Origin: Hyalangium minutum
GTDB taxonomy: Bacteria > Myxococcota > Myxococcia > Myxococcales > Myxococcaceae
Assembly: GCF_000737315.1 (NCBI RefSeq)
Contig: NZ_JMCB01000005.1
Span: forward strand, 144,001-268,000
Length of the DNA: 124,000 bases
Reading direction: 5' to 3'
A model generated the notes under the pieces. The model saw only the letters and a list, made by a program, of their open reading frames with translations, did not search any database and had not been told where the DNA came from. Shown here one piece after another: positions 39,365-48,519 of the stretch; within the stretch, counting starts at the first letter, position 1, and each line of letters opens with the position of its first letter. Position numbers and translations under genes: made by a program.

Positions 39365-39397
39365 CGCGGCAAGAGAGGATGAGGTGAACGAACGACC

Positions 39398-41164
39398 GTG
39401 AGCACACCAGGAACCCCCACGCTGAACTTGAAAGGCATCGGCGCCTCGCCGGGCGTCGCGGTGGGGCACGCGTTCATCCTGGATCGCAAGCGGGTGCGCA
39501 CCCCGAAGCTGCGGCTGGCTGAGGCCGAGGTGGAGCCCGAGCGCATGCGCATGCGCACGGCCCTGGAGCTGTCGGACCGGCAGCTGGCAGAGCTCAAGGA
39601 GCAAATCACCCGCTCCGAGGGGCATGACCACGCGCTCATCCTCGAGGCGCACCGGCTGATGCTCCTCGATCCGATGCTCGTGGATGAGGTGGACAAGCTC
39701 ATCGTCGAGGATCGCATCAACGCCGAGTGGGCGGTGCGGCGGGTGGCGCGCAAGCTCAAGCACCTGTTCGACAACATCCCGGACGAGTACTTCCGTGAGC
39801 GGCGCTCGGACGTGGACTACGTGGCGGACCGGGTGGTGCGCAACCTGATGGGGCAGGTGGTGGACGAGGAGGTGGAGATCCCCGCCGAGGCCATCGTGGT
39901 GGCGCACGACTTGTCGCCCTCGGACGCGGCGATGATGGCGCGCAGCGGGCGGGTGGCGGGCTTCGTCACGGACCTGGGCGGCCAGACGAGCCACACGGCC
40001 ATCGTGGCGCGCGCCCGGGAGACGCCCGCGGTGGTGGGCGCGGGGAAGGCGAGCGAGCAGATCTCCCCGGGAGACCTGGTGGCGCTGGACGGTGCCAGCG
40101 GCGTGATCCTGGTGAACCCGACGCCAGACCAGCTGGCGCTGTTCCGCGAGGCGCAGCGGGTGCAGCAGCAGAGCGAGCAACTGGCGCTGCGCACCAAGGA
40201 TCTGCCGGCCACGAGCGTGGACGGGTTCCGGATCCGGCTGAACGGGAACATGGAGTTCCTGGAGGAGATCCCCTCGCTGCTGGCGCACGGAGCGGAGGGG
40301 ATCGGCCTGTACCGCACGGAGTTCATGTTCCTGGACCGGAAGAACGTGCCCTCGGAGGAGGAGCACTACCGGGCGTACAAGCAGGTGCTGGAGGCGATGG
40401 GCGGGCGGCCGGTGACGATCCGCACGTTGGATCTGGGCGGGGACAAGGTCCCGAGCAAGGCGAAACACGAGAAGGAGCCGAACCCGGCGATGGGCCTGCG
40501 GGCCATCCGGTACTGCCTGGCGAACCGGGAGCTGTTCCGGACGCAGCTGCGGGCGCTGCTGCGGGCGAGCGCGCACGGGAACCTGCGGCTGATGTTCCCG
40601 CTGATCAGCGGCATGAGCGAGCTGCGCGAGGCGCGCTCGGAGCTGGAGGCGTGCCGCACGGAGCTGAGCCGGGCGGGAGTGCCCATGGGCAAGCGGTTCC
40701 CGGTGGGCATCATGGTGGAGACGCCGAGCGCGGCGCTCATTGCGGACCGGCTGGCGCAGGAGGCGGAGTTCTTCTCGGTGGGGACGAACGACCTCATCCA
40801 ATACACGCTGGCGATCGACCGCCAGAACCGGGAGGTCGCGTATCTCTACAAGCCGCTGCACCTCTCGGTGCTGCGCTCGATCCAGAACATCGTCGGGGCG
40901 GCGAAGGCGGCGGGGATTCCAGTGTCCATGTGCGGCGAGATGGGGGGAGACCCCATCTACGCGCTGGTGTTGTTGGCGCTGGGGTTCGACGAGCTGTCGA
41001 TGACGGCGGGGCAGATCCCGGTGGTGAAGAACATCCTGCGCAGCGCGAGCCGCGCGGAGGCGCAGGCCCTGCTCAACTCGGCCATGGAGCTGACGACGGC
41101 CGAGGAGATCGAGCGCTATATCCGCACGGAGATGGAGCGGCGCTTCATCTCCGCGGAGCCGTGA
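39398..41164 (+). CDS. ptsI: PEP-protein phosphotransferase, enzyme I
   Basis: TSHTAIVAR, GIGLYRTEF, IRTLDLGGDK, GTNDLIQY and CGEM. Confidence 0.95.
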   Translation: MSTPGTPTLNLKGIGASPGVAVGHAFILDRKRVRTPKLRLAEAEVEPERMRMRTALELSDRQLAELKEQITRSEGHDHALILEAHRLMLLDPMLVDEVDKLIVEDRINAEWAVRRVARKLKHLFDNIPDEYFRERRSDVDYVADRVVRNLMGQVVDEEVEIPAEAIVVAHDLSPSDAAMMARSGRVAGFVTDLGGQTSHTAIVARARETPAVVGAGKASEQISPGDLVALDGASGVILVNPTPDQLALFREAQRVQQQSEQLALRTKDLPATSVDGFRIRLNGNMEFLEEIPSLLAHGAEGIGLYRTEFMFLDRKNVPSEEEHYRAYKQVLEAMGGRPVTIRTLDLGGDKVPSKAKHEKEPNPAMGLRAIRYCLANRELFRTQLRALLRASAHGNLRLMFPLISGMSELREARSELEACRTELSRAGVPMGKRFPVGIMVETPSAALIADRLAQEAEFFSVGTNDLIQYTLAIDRQNREVAYLYKPLHLSVLRSIQNIVGAAKAAGIPVSMCGEMGGDPIYALVLLALGFDELSMTAGQIPVVKNILRSASRAEAQALLNSAMELTTAEEIERYIRTEMERRFISAEP

Positions 41165-41212
41165 ACCACGCGCCCACCCTGTTCATCCAGGATGGGCGCT
41201 GGGTGGGGGCTC

Positions 41213-41557
41213 TCAGCTCCCACACTTCAGGTTGCGGATATACGCGCAGGTATAGTGATAGGTGGTCCAGCTATTGGAGTCGCAGGAGTACACGTAGCAA
41301 TAGTCCGTGTAGTTGGGATTGGCGCAGTAGTAGTGGAACTGGGGCGAGATCGTGATGCAGGAGCTCGGCCATTCATCCACAACAGGATTGGTTCCACAGT
41401 AGTCAGTCGCACTGCTCGGGACCGAGCAGATGCCCTGCTTAACGGTGTTCACGTCCTGCTCATTCAGCGACTCCTGCTCCACGCCGCCACACCCTGTGAG
41501 CGCCAGCGCTGACAGCGCGACTCCCGCAACGACAGTCTTGATGAAATTCAATTGCAA
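41213..41557 (-). CDS. Small Cys/Tyr-rich lipoprotein
   Basis: TTG start after AGGAG; lipobox LTGC-GG; 8-Cys C-terminal core; AT-richer than its neighbours. Confidence 0.6.
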   Translation of the reverse strand: MQLNFIKTVVAGVALSALALTGCGGVEQESLNEQDVNTVKQGICSVPSSATDYCGTNPVVDEWPSSCITISPQFHYYCANPNYTDYCYVYSCDSNSWTTYHYTCAYIRNLKCGS

Positions 41558-41634
41558 CTCCTTACAACGAGGGGAACGCTCCTAAAGAGCGGTGCAACCG
41601 TAAGGAAGTGCACGTTGCAAGGCAATAGCCGTCA

Positions 41635-41649
41635 GCAGCGGCCATGCCA
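41635..41649 (-). promoter_or_regulatory. Candidate sigma54 promoter
   Basis: Minus strand TGGCATGGCCGCTGC, with GG and GC at canonical -24/-12 spacing, about 78 nt upstream of the 41557 start. Confidence 0.45.
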
Positions 41650-41725
41650 GCTCAAGAATGTCTTTGCTCTTGCAACAGATTGCCAGGAACGGCCTGACGG
41701 GAAATCACCTCACCCGTGAGCCATC

Positions 41726-42160
41726 TCAAGGCGCGCCGCAGGCCAGCCACTGGCCCAGCTTCTCGCGCTCCTCCTGCGTGGGCTGATGAGGGATCGAAGC
41801 GGGCGGCATCTCCTTGTTCGTCGCGTTGGGGCCTGCGGCGGCGTGTGTGTCGATCATCGCGCGCTGACGCCGCACCTCGTCCAACGTGTCGAAGTCCACT
41901 CCCACGGTAGCACCCGCGCGCGCGGTGCCCGTGACGGACTTGCTGTGGCAGCTCAGGCAGTACGTCTGCATGAACGCCGTGCCGAAGTTCTGGGCACTGG
42001 GACCGTTCGAAGATGGGCACGTGGCGCCCGTGGCGGCGCCTCCGGGGTGATGCCCGTCCTCGTCTTCTCCGCCACCACACCCTCCGTTGTCTGCGTGCCC
42101 GAGGCACAGGTAGGCAGCGAGGGCGAGCGGACCAAGGCGATACAGGGAGCGGAAGGTCAT
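41726..42160 (-). CDS. Small c-type cytochrome (probable lipoprotein)
   Basis: CLSCH heme motif, distal MPP axial Met, ending WLACGAP. Confidence 0.7.
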   Translation of the reverse strand: MTFRSLYRLGPLALAAYLCLGHADNGGCGGGEDEDGHHPGGAATGATCPSSNGPSAQNFGTAFMQTYCLSCHSKSVTGTARAGATVGVDFDTLDEVRRQRAMIDTHAAAGPNATNKEMPPASIPHQPTQEEREKLGQWLACGAP

Positions 42161-42392
42161 GGCAGGACTCGAAGGAAGGACAGCCACCGGGAGACGGGGC
42201 GCCAGGGCCACAATCCAGCAGGACGTTCCCTGCGGAGGTGTGGCGAAATGCCGCATGCTCGGGATTGGGGTTCTTCTTTACGAAGCAAGCGGCTCCCCTG
42301 TCGGAAATCCCCGGAGAGTTCGTACTCCGAGGCAGGTCATCGCCCCGGGAGGCTGGAGGTCCGCTGGCCTCCAGCGCTGTCGCTGCGTCCGC

Positions 42393-43514
42393 TCAGGGAG
42401 CGGCGTTGAACGGATCCGACAGACTCGGATCTGTGAGGAACGTGGGGTCGGTGAGAGACTCCAGGAACGCCAGGACGTCCTCCTTCTCCTGCGGCGTGAG
42501 GGTGAAGCCCCGCACGAACTCGCTCTGATAGGGGCTCGGGCCGGTGCCCTGGGCACCGGCCCGCCCTCCTGCCGCGTAGTGGTCCAGCACCTCGCTCAGT
42601 GTCGCGATAGAGCCATCGTGCATGTACGGCGCCGTGACGGCGATGTTGCGGAGCGTGGGAGAGCGGTAGCGCCCGGTGTCCTCCGACTTGCCAGTGAACT
42701 CGAGCAGCCCGGTGTCCGTGGCGGGATAACCTCCGTGTCCATCCACGTTGTAGAGGTTGGTGTTGTGGAAGGTGATCTCAGGGAACACCGTCTCCTTGCT
42801 CTTCACCGAGTCGCTGAACGCGAACCCCTGGTGGCAGTGGAAGCACTCCAGGCGCTCCGAGAAGAACAGCGTCATGCCCCGCTTGGCTGACAGGGACATT
42901 GCGTCCAGCTCGTTGCCGTACGTGTACCGGTCATAAGGAGAGCTCCCCGAGATCAGCGTGCGCTCGAAGGCCGCAATTGCCCGGACGATCGAGCTCAAGG
43001 AAATCGGCTGCTTCTCCTTCGGAAACGCAGCGGCGAAGAGCTTCGGGTACCGCGCGTCCTCCGAGAGCCGCTGCAGCAGCATCTCCTCCTGGCCCGCCAG
43101 CCCCAGCTCGATAGGGTGCTCGCCGAAGATGGGCACCAGGGCCTGGGCCTCGAGGTCCGGCAAGACGGGGTTGGCCCAGGTGAGGCTGGCGGCATAAGCC
43201 ACGTTGGCCAGGGACATGGAGTTGCGCCGGTGGGACTCGCCCGTGGAGCCGAGCGCCGTCGTCCGCCCATCCGAGAACGCGCGCTCCTGGAGGTGGCAGC
43301 TTCCGCACGCCTGGGTGCCATTGGCGGAGAGCCGCGTGTCATAGAAGAGGTGCCGCCCCAGCTCCACCTTGGCAGTGCTCATGGGGTTGTCAGCGGGCAC
43401 CGCCGGCTCGGGAAACCCGAGTGGCAGATTCCACTGGAAAGGCTCCTCCGCGTCTCCACAGGCCGTGCTCAACAGCAGCACCAAGCCCAGGCACCACCTC
43501 CGAGCGTCGCGCAT
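42393..43514 (-). CDS. MbnH-like di-heme enzyme (bCcP/MauG superfamily)
   Basis: CGSCH and CFHCH; KVELGRHLFYD; LRNIAVTAPYMHDGS. Confidence 0.85.
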   Translation of the reverse strand: MRDARRWCLGLVLLLSTACGDAEEPFQWNLPLGFPEPAVPADNPMSTAKVELGRHLFYDTRLSANGTQACGSCHLQERAFSDGRTTALGSTGESHRRNSMSLANVAYAASLTWANPVLPDLEAQALVPIFGEHPIELGLAGQEEMLLQRLSEDARYPKLFAAAFPKEKQPISLSSIVRAIAAFERTLISGSSPYDRYTYGNELDAMSLSAKRGMTLFFSERLECFHCHQGFAFSDSVKSKETVFPEITFHNTNLYNVDGHGGYPATDTGLLEFTGKSEDTGRYRSPTLRNIAVTAPYMHDGSIATLSEVLDHYAAGGRAGAQGTGPSPYQSEFVRGFTLTPQEKEDVLAFLESLTDPTFLTDPSLSDPFNAAP

Positions 43515-43519
43515 GGCCG

Positions 43520-44389
43520 CTACTCCTTTCGGAAGAAGGTCTGAGCGCTCGGAGTCCCCTGAGCGCTGCCAAAGCCGAGCCCCAGCCGTTGGAAGATCGG
43601 AGCACAGTCCTCGTCCGTGCCCTCGGACATGCAGCCCGGCGCCGTCTGGGCCTGGTTCGTGTCCATGTTGGAGCCCGCGAACAGCGCGGCGACGTCCAGC
43701 ACCACACCGCTCGCTCCGGTGGGATCAAAGTTGGAGAGCTCCACGTCGAAGCGGTTGGGCCGCTGGCACGAGGTGACCTGGTTGGGGCCGGACGTCTGGC
43801 ACTCGGTGCTGCCCAGGTGGAGGTTGTGCCCGGTGGGCAGCCCCGAGGTGCGCCCGTCCAGGCGGATGAACTTGTAGCCCCCGGCCCAGCCCCAGAAGAG
43901 TGTGCTGACGTTGAAGGGCGCGCTGGCAATGGACGCGTCCTGGTGGTTCTTCTCGAAGGGCATGCCCACGGTGAAGCGCAGACCCACGTAGTTGCCTCTC
44001 GGAGCCGTGCCCACGATGCGGTCGTTCATCGCCTGGGTCCCGTTGGCGCACAGGCCCGTCTTGTCCTCGAAGTCGAGCAGCACCACCCCTTCCTTCTGCC
44101 AGGCTCCGTCGTCCGTCAGCGCCAGAGGCACTTCCTCGGAGGCCTGGTTGATCAGCCGCACGTTGTGCACGTAGAGCCGGAAGTCTTTGGGCTCGTAGGT
44201 GGTGCCCGTGGTCCCCAAGCCCGTGTACGTCTGCCCACAGGCGAAGGGTTGGGTGCCTACGCGGGGCTTGAAGGTAAGGGCCACGTCGATGGGGCCGTCA
44301 TCGGGATGATTGGGCTCGTCATCTCCACACCCGGAAGCCGCAAGAGCGGTGAGGACCAGCAGCAGGATTCTTTCGAGAGGGCGCGTCAC
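43520..44389 (-). CDS. MbnP-like copper-binding lipoprotein
   Basis: DFRLYVH, FWGWAGGYKF (WxW), HLGSTEC and GCMS motifs; lipobox ASGC. Confidence 0.85.
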   Translation of the reverse strand: MTRPLERILLLVLTALAASGCGDDEPNHPDDGPIDVALTFKPRVGTQPFACGQTYTGLGTTGTTYEPKDFRLYVHNVRLINQASEEVPLALTDDGAWQKEGVVLLDFEDKTGLCANGTQAMNDRIVGTAPRGNYVGLRFTVGMPFEKNHQDASIASAPFNVSTLFWGWAGGYKFIRLDGRTSGLPTGHNLHLGSTECQTSGPNQVTSCQRPNRFDVELSNFDPTGASGVVLDVAALFAGSNMDTNQAQTAPGCMSEGTDEDCAPIFQRLGLGFGSAQGTPSAQTFFRKE

Positions 44390-44488
44390 GGTGTGGAACC
44401 TCCAAGCGGGATGGCTGTTGGCACAGCGGAAGGCGTGCGATTAGCAGCAGATCCTCGAGGGGCCCACGCGGCATGTTGCCGCAGGACT

Positions 44489-45217
44489 TCAGGGCGAGGC
44501 TACGACGGCAGTTGAGCTGGCGACATTGCGCAGCACTTGAGTCGCAGCATCCGAGGCCAACGCCGAGGTTCCATTCAGCCATTGATCATAGTGCAGGGTG
44601 AGCCACTGCTCGGACTCCAGCTGCTCCGCCGAGAGAGCGAGCGATTCGAGCGGCAGCTCCACGTTCATGACGCCCGAGCTCTCCAGCCGGAAAGGCTGGA
44701 GCGCGTCATCTCCCTGGGGACGTGCCCAGCCCTCCAGCACGAATGTCCGATCCTTCATGCTGCCATCCACAGGCAGGCCCTCGGCATCCGCATCCGCGGG
44801 CCCGAAGACGAGGTGGATGCGGCAATAGCGTCCCGGCGGCGGACGCAGGACCCCAAGCGTCAGAGGCTCTCCATCCGGCCGCTCCAGGCTGCTCACGGAA
44901 GGGGTTCCCAAGCGCAAGGGACTGGACGCGGTGTGAGCGTGCGCGGTGCCCACAGGGGACAGCTCTCGCAGCCAGCGCAGCGCGGTGGACTCGGGGCAGG
45001 GGATGAGCTCCACGCTGTTCACGGTGATGGAGGCCCGGGTCAGGGTGATCTGCTCTTGCCGATCGGTGGTGAAGTTCCGGGCCGTGCCTGTTGCCTTGGT
45101 GGCATTGGCGGCCTGGTGCGACAGCTTGAGCTGCAGTCGGATGCCCTCCTCGCGAGAGCCGCAGCCGGGCAGAGACAAGGAGACGAGGGCCGCGAGCAGG
45201 AAGGGGAGCTTCTTCAT
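44489..45217 (-). CDS. Lipoprotein of the MbnPH-like cluster
   Basis: Lipobox LPGC; AHAH His motif; 4-nt overlap with the upstream gene. Confidence 0.6.
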   Translation of the reverse strand: MKKLPFLLAALVSLSLPGCGSREEGIRLQLKLSHQAANATKATGTARNFTTDRQEQITLTRASITVNSVELIPCPESTALRWLRELSPVGTAHAHTASSPLRLGTPSVSSLERPDGEPLTLGVLRPPPGRYCRIHLVFGPADADAEGLPVDGSMKDRTFVLEGWARPQGDDALQPFRLESSGVMNVELPLESLALSAEQLESEQWLTLHYDQWLNGTSALASDAATQVLRNVASSTAVVASP

Positions 45218-46137
45218 AAGTCGAACGCCACGGCGGCCTGCACGATGGGCGTCTGCCGGACGCGGCCGCTCAAGAGGTTGAGGACAGGCGCTCGGACGCC
45301 GAGCTGCAGGACCATGTCCGTGGTGGGACTGAAGAGGAACTCGGGCGACAGGTAGCCGATGAACCCGCTGCCCTCCGTGTCGCGCTCACCCAAGAGGGTG
45401 CTGGCGCCTTCCAGGCGCGTATCCGCAGCGACCCTCAGTGCCCAGGAGGTGCTCGGCTGGAACTGCGCTGCCAGCGTGCTCCGCAGAGAGGCTCCGCTAC
45501 GGAAGCCCAGGCGTCCCTCGGTGGACACGGTACCGGTCGTGCTGACGACGAAGGACCAGGCCCCTTGGAATGTCGTGTAGGCCAGCCCCACGAACGGATC
45601 CACGGAGCCAGTGCCCAGCTGTGCATCGATCGAGAGAGGGGTCCCCTGTGCGTCCCGTAACGTGGGGGACGTGGGCAGCTCCGAGCCAACGAGCACCGAG
45701 AGGAGGTGATCCGGAGAGAACGCTCGATCGCGGAAGACGAAGAGCTTGGCGCTGACCTCCAGGTCTCCCGGCCCCAGCGCCTGCTCGCGCGTCAGGCTGA
45801 CGTCTCGCAGTGTCCGGGCCTGAAGGGGCAGGGTGGCGGACAACATGAGCCACGGCAGCGGCGCATAGGCCGCCGAGACGTCCACGCGCAGCTCTCGCAG
45901 GGTGACAGCATCCAGGGAGTCATCGCCCACGGTCTGGCCCCAGGCTCGGGTGACAGCCGCCACGCGCAGTCGTCCCGAGAAGGGCTGCTCCGTTCCCATC
46001 GTGGTGAGCGTGGGGTCTCCACAGGCACAGGAGGCACAGGCTCGTGCGGGCGAAGACAAGAGCAAGAGCGCCACCGGGAGCAGCGCGACACAGGACTTCC
46101 ACATGGTGCGCTGTACTCTACCGGTGGCTCGTCCCAT
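45214..46137 (-). CDS. Outer-membrane beta-barrel 'transporter' with N-terminal CxxCxC motif
   Basis: Signal peptide followed by CASCACGDPTL; GTGSVDP; terminal aromatic FDL. Confidence 0.65.
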   Translation of the reverse strand: MGRATGRVQRTMWKSCVALLPVALLLLSSPARACASCACGDPTLTTMGTEQPFSGRLRVAAVTRAWGQTVGDDSLDAVTLRELRVDVSAAYAPLPWLMLSATLPLQARTLRDVSLTREQALGPGDLEVSAKLFVFRDRAFSPDHLLSVLVGSELPTSPTLRDAQGTPLSIDAQLGTGSVDPFVGLAYTTFQGAWSFVVSTTGTVSTEGRLGFRSGASLRSTLAAQFQPSTSWALRVAADTRLEGASTLLGERDTEGSGFIGYLSPEFLFSPTTDMVLQLGVRAPVLNLLSGRVRQTPIVQAAVAFDL

Positions 46138-46221
46138 GGTCCCTGCGGTGTGTTGTCGCGGTGACGAGAGCGCGGAGCGCGGCCCGAGGAAGAGAAGGGA
46201 CCGCGCTCCGGAGCGCAGGGT

Positions 46222-46950
46222 TCAAGCGGTGGTGCGCAGCGGGAACTGCCGCATCACGGCCTCGGTGAAGGTGCGCGCGCCCGTGTGTGCGCACACCTCG
46301 GAGATGGTCCCCTGGTCAACGATGGCGCCGGCGTGCATCAGCAGCACCCGGTCGCACAGGAACTCGGCATCGCTCAGCGAGCGGGTGGCCAGCAGCACCG
46401 CCTTGCCCGCGTCGCGCGCGGCCCGGATAGACATCAGCACGAAGTGGCTGCCCATCAAATCCAACGAGTGGGTGGGCTCGTCCAGGATGAGCGCCGGAGG
46501 ATCGTGCAGCAGCGCACGCGCCAGGTTGAGCCGCTGCTGTTGGTCGGGTTGCAACGTCGCGACGGGCAGATCCACGAACCGCTCCAGCTCGAAGGCGTTC
46601 ACCACCGCTTCGATGCGCGCCTCCAGCTCCAGCGGAGGCACGCCGTGCAGTTGGCCGCGCTGCTTGAGCAGCTCGCGAGGCGTGGGCCGGGTCGGCAGGT
46701 TGCAGTCACCGGCGGCGTAGCCCACCCGGTTTTTGATGCGGAACGGATCCATCAGGGTGCTCAGCCCCGCCACCACGCCCTCGCCTGAGGACGGCGTGAC
46801 GAACCCCGCCAGCATCTTCAGCAGCGTGGACTTCCCAGCGCCCCGAGGACCGATGATGCCCACCACCTCGCCGCGGGACACGGTGAACCGCACGTTCCGG
46901 ACTGAAGTGCCTCCCTGGACGTTCTTCGACAAATCCCTGGCTTCAATCAC
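46222..46950 (-). CDS. ABC transporter ATP-binding protein (NatA-like, degenerate signature)
   Basis: GPRGAGKST, LDEPT; signature reads LQPDQQQR; GTG start. Confidence 0.75.
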   Translation of the reverse strand: MIEARDLSKNVQGGTSVRNVRFTVSRGEVVGIIGPRGAGKSTLLKMLAGFVTPSSGEGVVAGLSTLMDPFRIKNRVGYAAGDCNLPTRPTPRELLKQRGQLHGVPPLELEARIEAVVNAFELERFVDLPVATLQPDQQQRLNLARALLHDPPALILDEPTHSLDLMGSHFVLMSIRAARDAGKAVLLATRSLSDAEFLCDRVLLMHAGAIVDQGTISEVCAHTGARTFTEAVMRQFPLRTTA

Positions 46951-47099
46951 GATGCACGAACCCCCATTCAGCGAAGCCTCCACGGGCAAACCCCTGGCCG
47001 TGCCAACGCCTCGCTGTCGCGGCGCCGGAAGAATCCCTGTCTTGATGGAGCGCCAGGGGCCGTCTGGCGACACTGCGACTTCTCGACGCCTCCCGGCAT

Positions 47100-47203
47100 T
47101 CACCACCGGGTCCTTCTTCACCGCCGGGTGAGCACACGGCAGCGGGGGGGAGGGGACGAGCTGATCCGCCTCAGCATGCGAGCGCTGGTTCGCTCGCACG
47201 CTT
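47100..47203 (-). ncRNA. Candidate small RNA or structured leader with a C-rich loop
   Basis: Starts at the predicted TSS of a sigma70-type promoter; 11-bp hairpin (47174-47201), C-rich loop and third hairpin (47118-47131); no family recognised. Confidence 0.3.
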
Positions 47204-47208
47204 CAGAG

Positions 47209-47237
47209 ACAGTAACGGCGTGCATAAGGGGCGTCAA
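47209..47237 (-). promoter_or_regulatory. Candidate sigma70-type promoter
   Basis: Minus strand TTGACG-N17-TACTGT. Confidence 0.55.
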
Positions 47238-47319
47238 TACGGGGTCCCACGCACGAATCCGACCTACCCAGGAAGAGCTGCCAGAGCGGCGCGCTCACCG
47301 GAAGGGAGGGGTGGGGCGC

Positions 47320-47829
47320 TCAGCTCTGAGGAGGAGAACGAGGTGCCTCGGGTTCTCGCTGTGAATCCTTCGCGATGCGGTGGCGCTTGCTGAAGCGCTC
47401 GATCCAGTGCTCCACGGGGCGCAAGCCCACGAGCACCACGAGCGCGAAGCCCACGGTCACGGAGGCGCCCAGGAAGAAGCCGAAGCCCGCCGCGAGGCCC
47501 ACGGAGGCCGTGAGCCAGAGGTTGGCGGCGGTGGTGAGCCCGTGCACGGAGGTGCCGTGGCGGAAGATGGCGCCGCCCCCCAGGAAGCCGATGCCCACGA
47601 CAATCTGGCTGGCGATGCGGGTCACGTCAGCCCGGATGAACGAGGGCTCAGCGCTGTCGACCGCCTGTCCCGCGGTGACGCTGACCAACGTGAAGAGGCA
47701 AGAGCCCAGGCTCACGAGCAGGTGCGTGCGCAGGCCGGCGGCATGCCCGCGCAGCTCCCGCTCCAGCCCGAGCAGCCCGCCCAGCACCAGGGCCAGCGCC
47801 AGGCGCGCGATGAGGGTGCGCTCGTCCAC
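47320..47829 (-). CDS. MgtC/SapB family protein
   Basis: GLERE, AGLRTHLLV, RIASQIVVGIGFLGGG and GLTTAANLW. Confidence 0.9.
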   Translation of the reverse strand: MDERTLIARLALALVLGGLLGLERELRGHAAGLRTHLLVSLGSCLFTLVSVTAGQAVDSAEPSFIRADVTRIASQIVVGIGFLGGGAIFRHGTSVHGLTTAANLWLTASVGLAAGFGFFLGASVTVGFALVVLVGLRPVEHWIERFSKRHRIAKDSQREPEAPRSPPQS

Positions 47830-47835
47830 GGAGGG

Positions 47836-48432
47836 CTACTCTCCCAGCTCGATCTTCTCGTCGATGTCCTGATCGTTGAGCTTGGGCTTGGGCAGCGTGT
47901 CGAGCGTGGCCTGGAGCAGCTTGTACGTGGGGACGACGAAGGGCTCCACCTCGGGGCCGAACTGCTGCACGTACTGCGCGGTGCGCTCGCGGAACTTCTC
48001 GTCGCTCGCGCCCCAGCTGCCCGCGGCCTCGGCGCTCCAGACGTCCTCGCCGTCCACGCAGCGCATGAGCCGGGCCCTCACGGCCACGTCCGCGCCGTCC
48101 TGGGTGGCCGTCACCTGCGGATCCAGGTGGAGCACGCCCTCGATGCCCTCGACGCACTGGGCCTTCAGCGCCTCAGGGGTGGCGGGCTCGGCCAGGGTGA
48201 CGTTGGCCTTCACCAAGAAGTCCCGGTTCTGGTTGACGTACTGGCGGGCGATGAGGCTCCACAGCTCGCCCAGGGCCTGCTTGCCGGCGGGGAACGGCTG
48301 CGTCACCACCGCCAGGCGCTTCACCCGCTCCCTGTCCATCTGCTCGTAGTCGGGGCGCGTGAAGCTGTTCTTCACCGTGGCACAGGCGGCGAGCGTGGTC
48401 AGGCCCACCGCGAGCGCGAGTCGCTTCGTCAT
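47836..48432 (-). CDS. MXAN_6521/LA_1396-like lipoprotein
   Basis: Lipobox LAAC; ARQYVNQNRDFLV; located after the MMPL gene. Confidence 0.65.
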   Translation of the reverse strand: MTKRLALAVGLTTLAACATVKNSFTRPDYEQMDRERVKRLAVVTQPFPAGKQALGELWSLIARQYVNQNRDFLVKANVTLAEPATPEALKAQCVEGIEGVLHLDPQVTATQDGADVAVRARLMRCVDGEDVWSAEAAGSWGASDEKFRERTAQYVQQFGPEVEPFVVPTYKLLQATLDTLPKPKLNDQDIDEKIELGE

Positions 48433-48519
48433 CGTCGTCTCCCTCTCCCAGCCCCTCCGGGAGGAGGGGCCTCGTTCATCATGGCCGGGGCGGTGAGCCC
48501 TGGAACCCCTGGCGCCGGC

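Noticed and set aside
41680-41696. Second sigma54-like motif (TGGCAATCTGTTGCA, minus strand)
   Set aside because: GG-GC spacing is one base short of the strict -24/-12 requirement.
41726-46137. Methanobactin biosynthetic cluster
   Set aside because: No mbnA precursor, mbnB or mbnC; only the MbnPH-like module is present.
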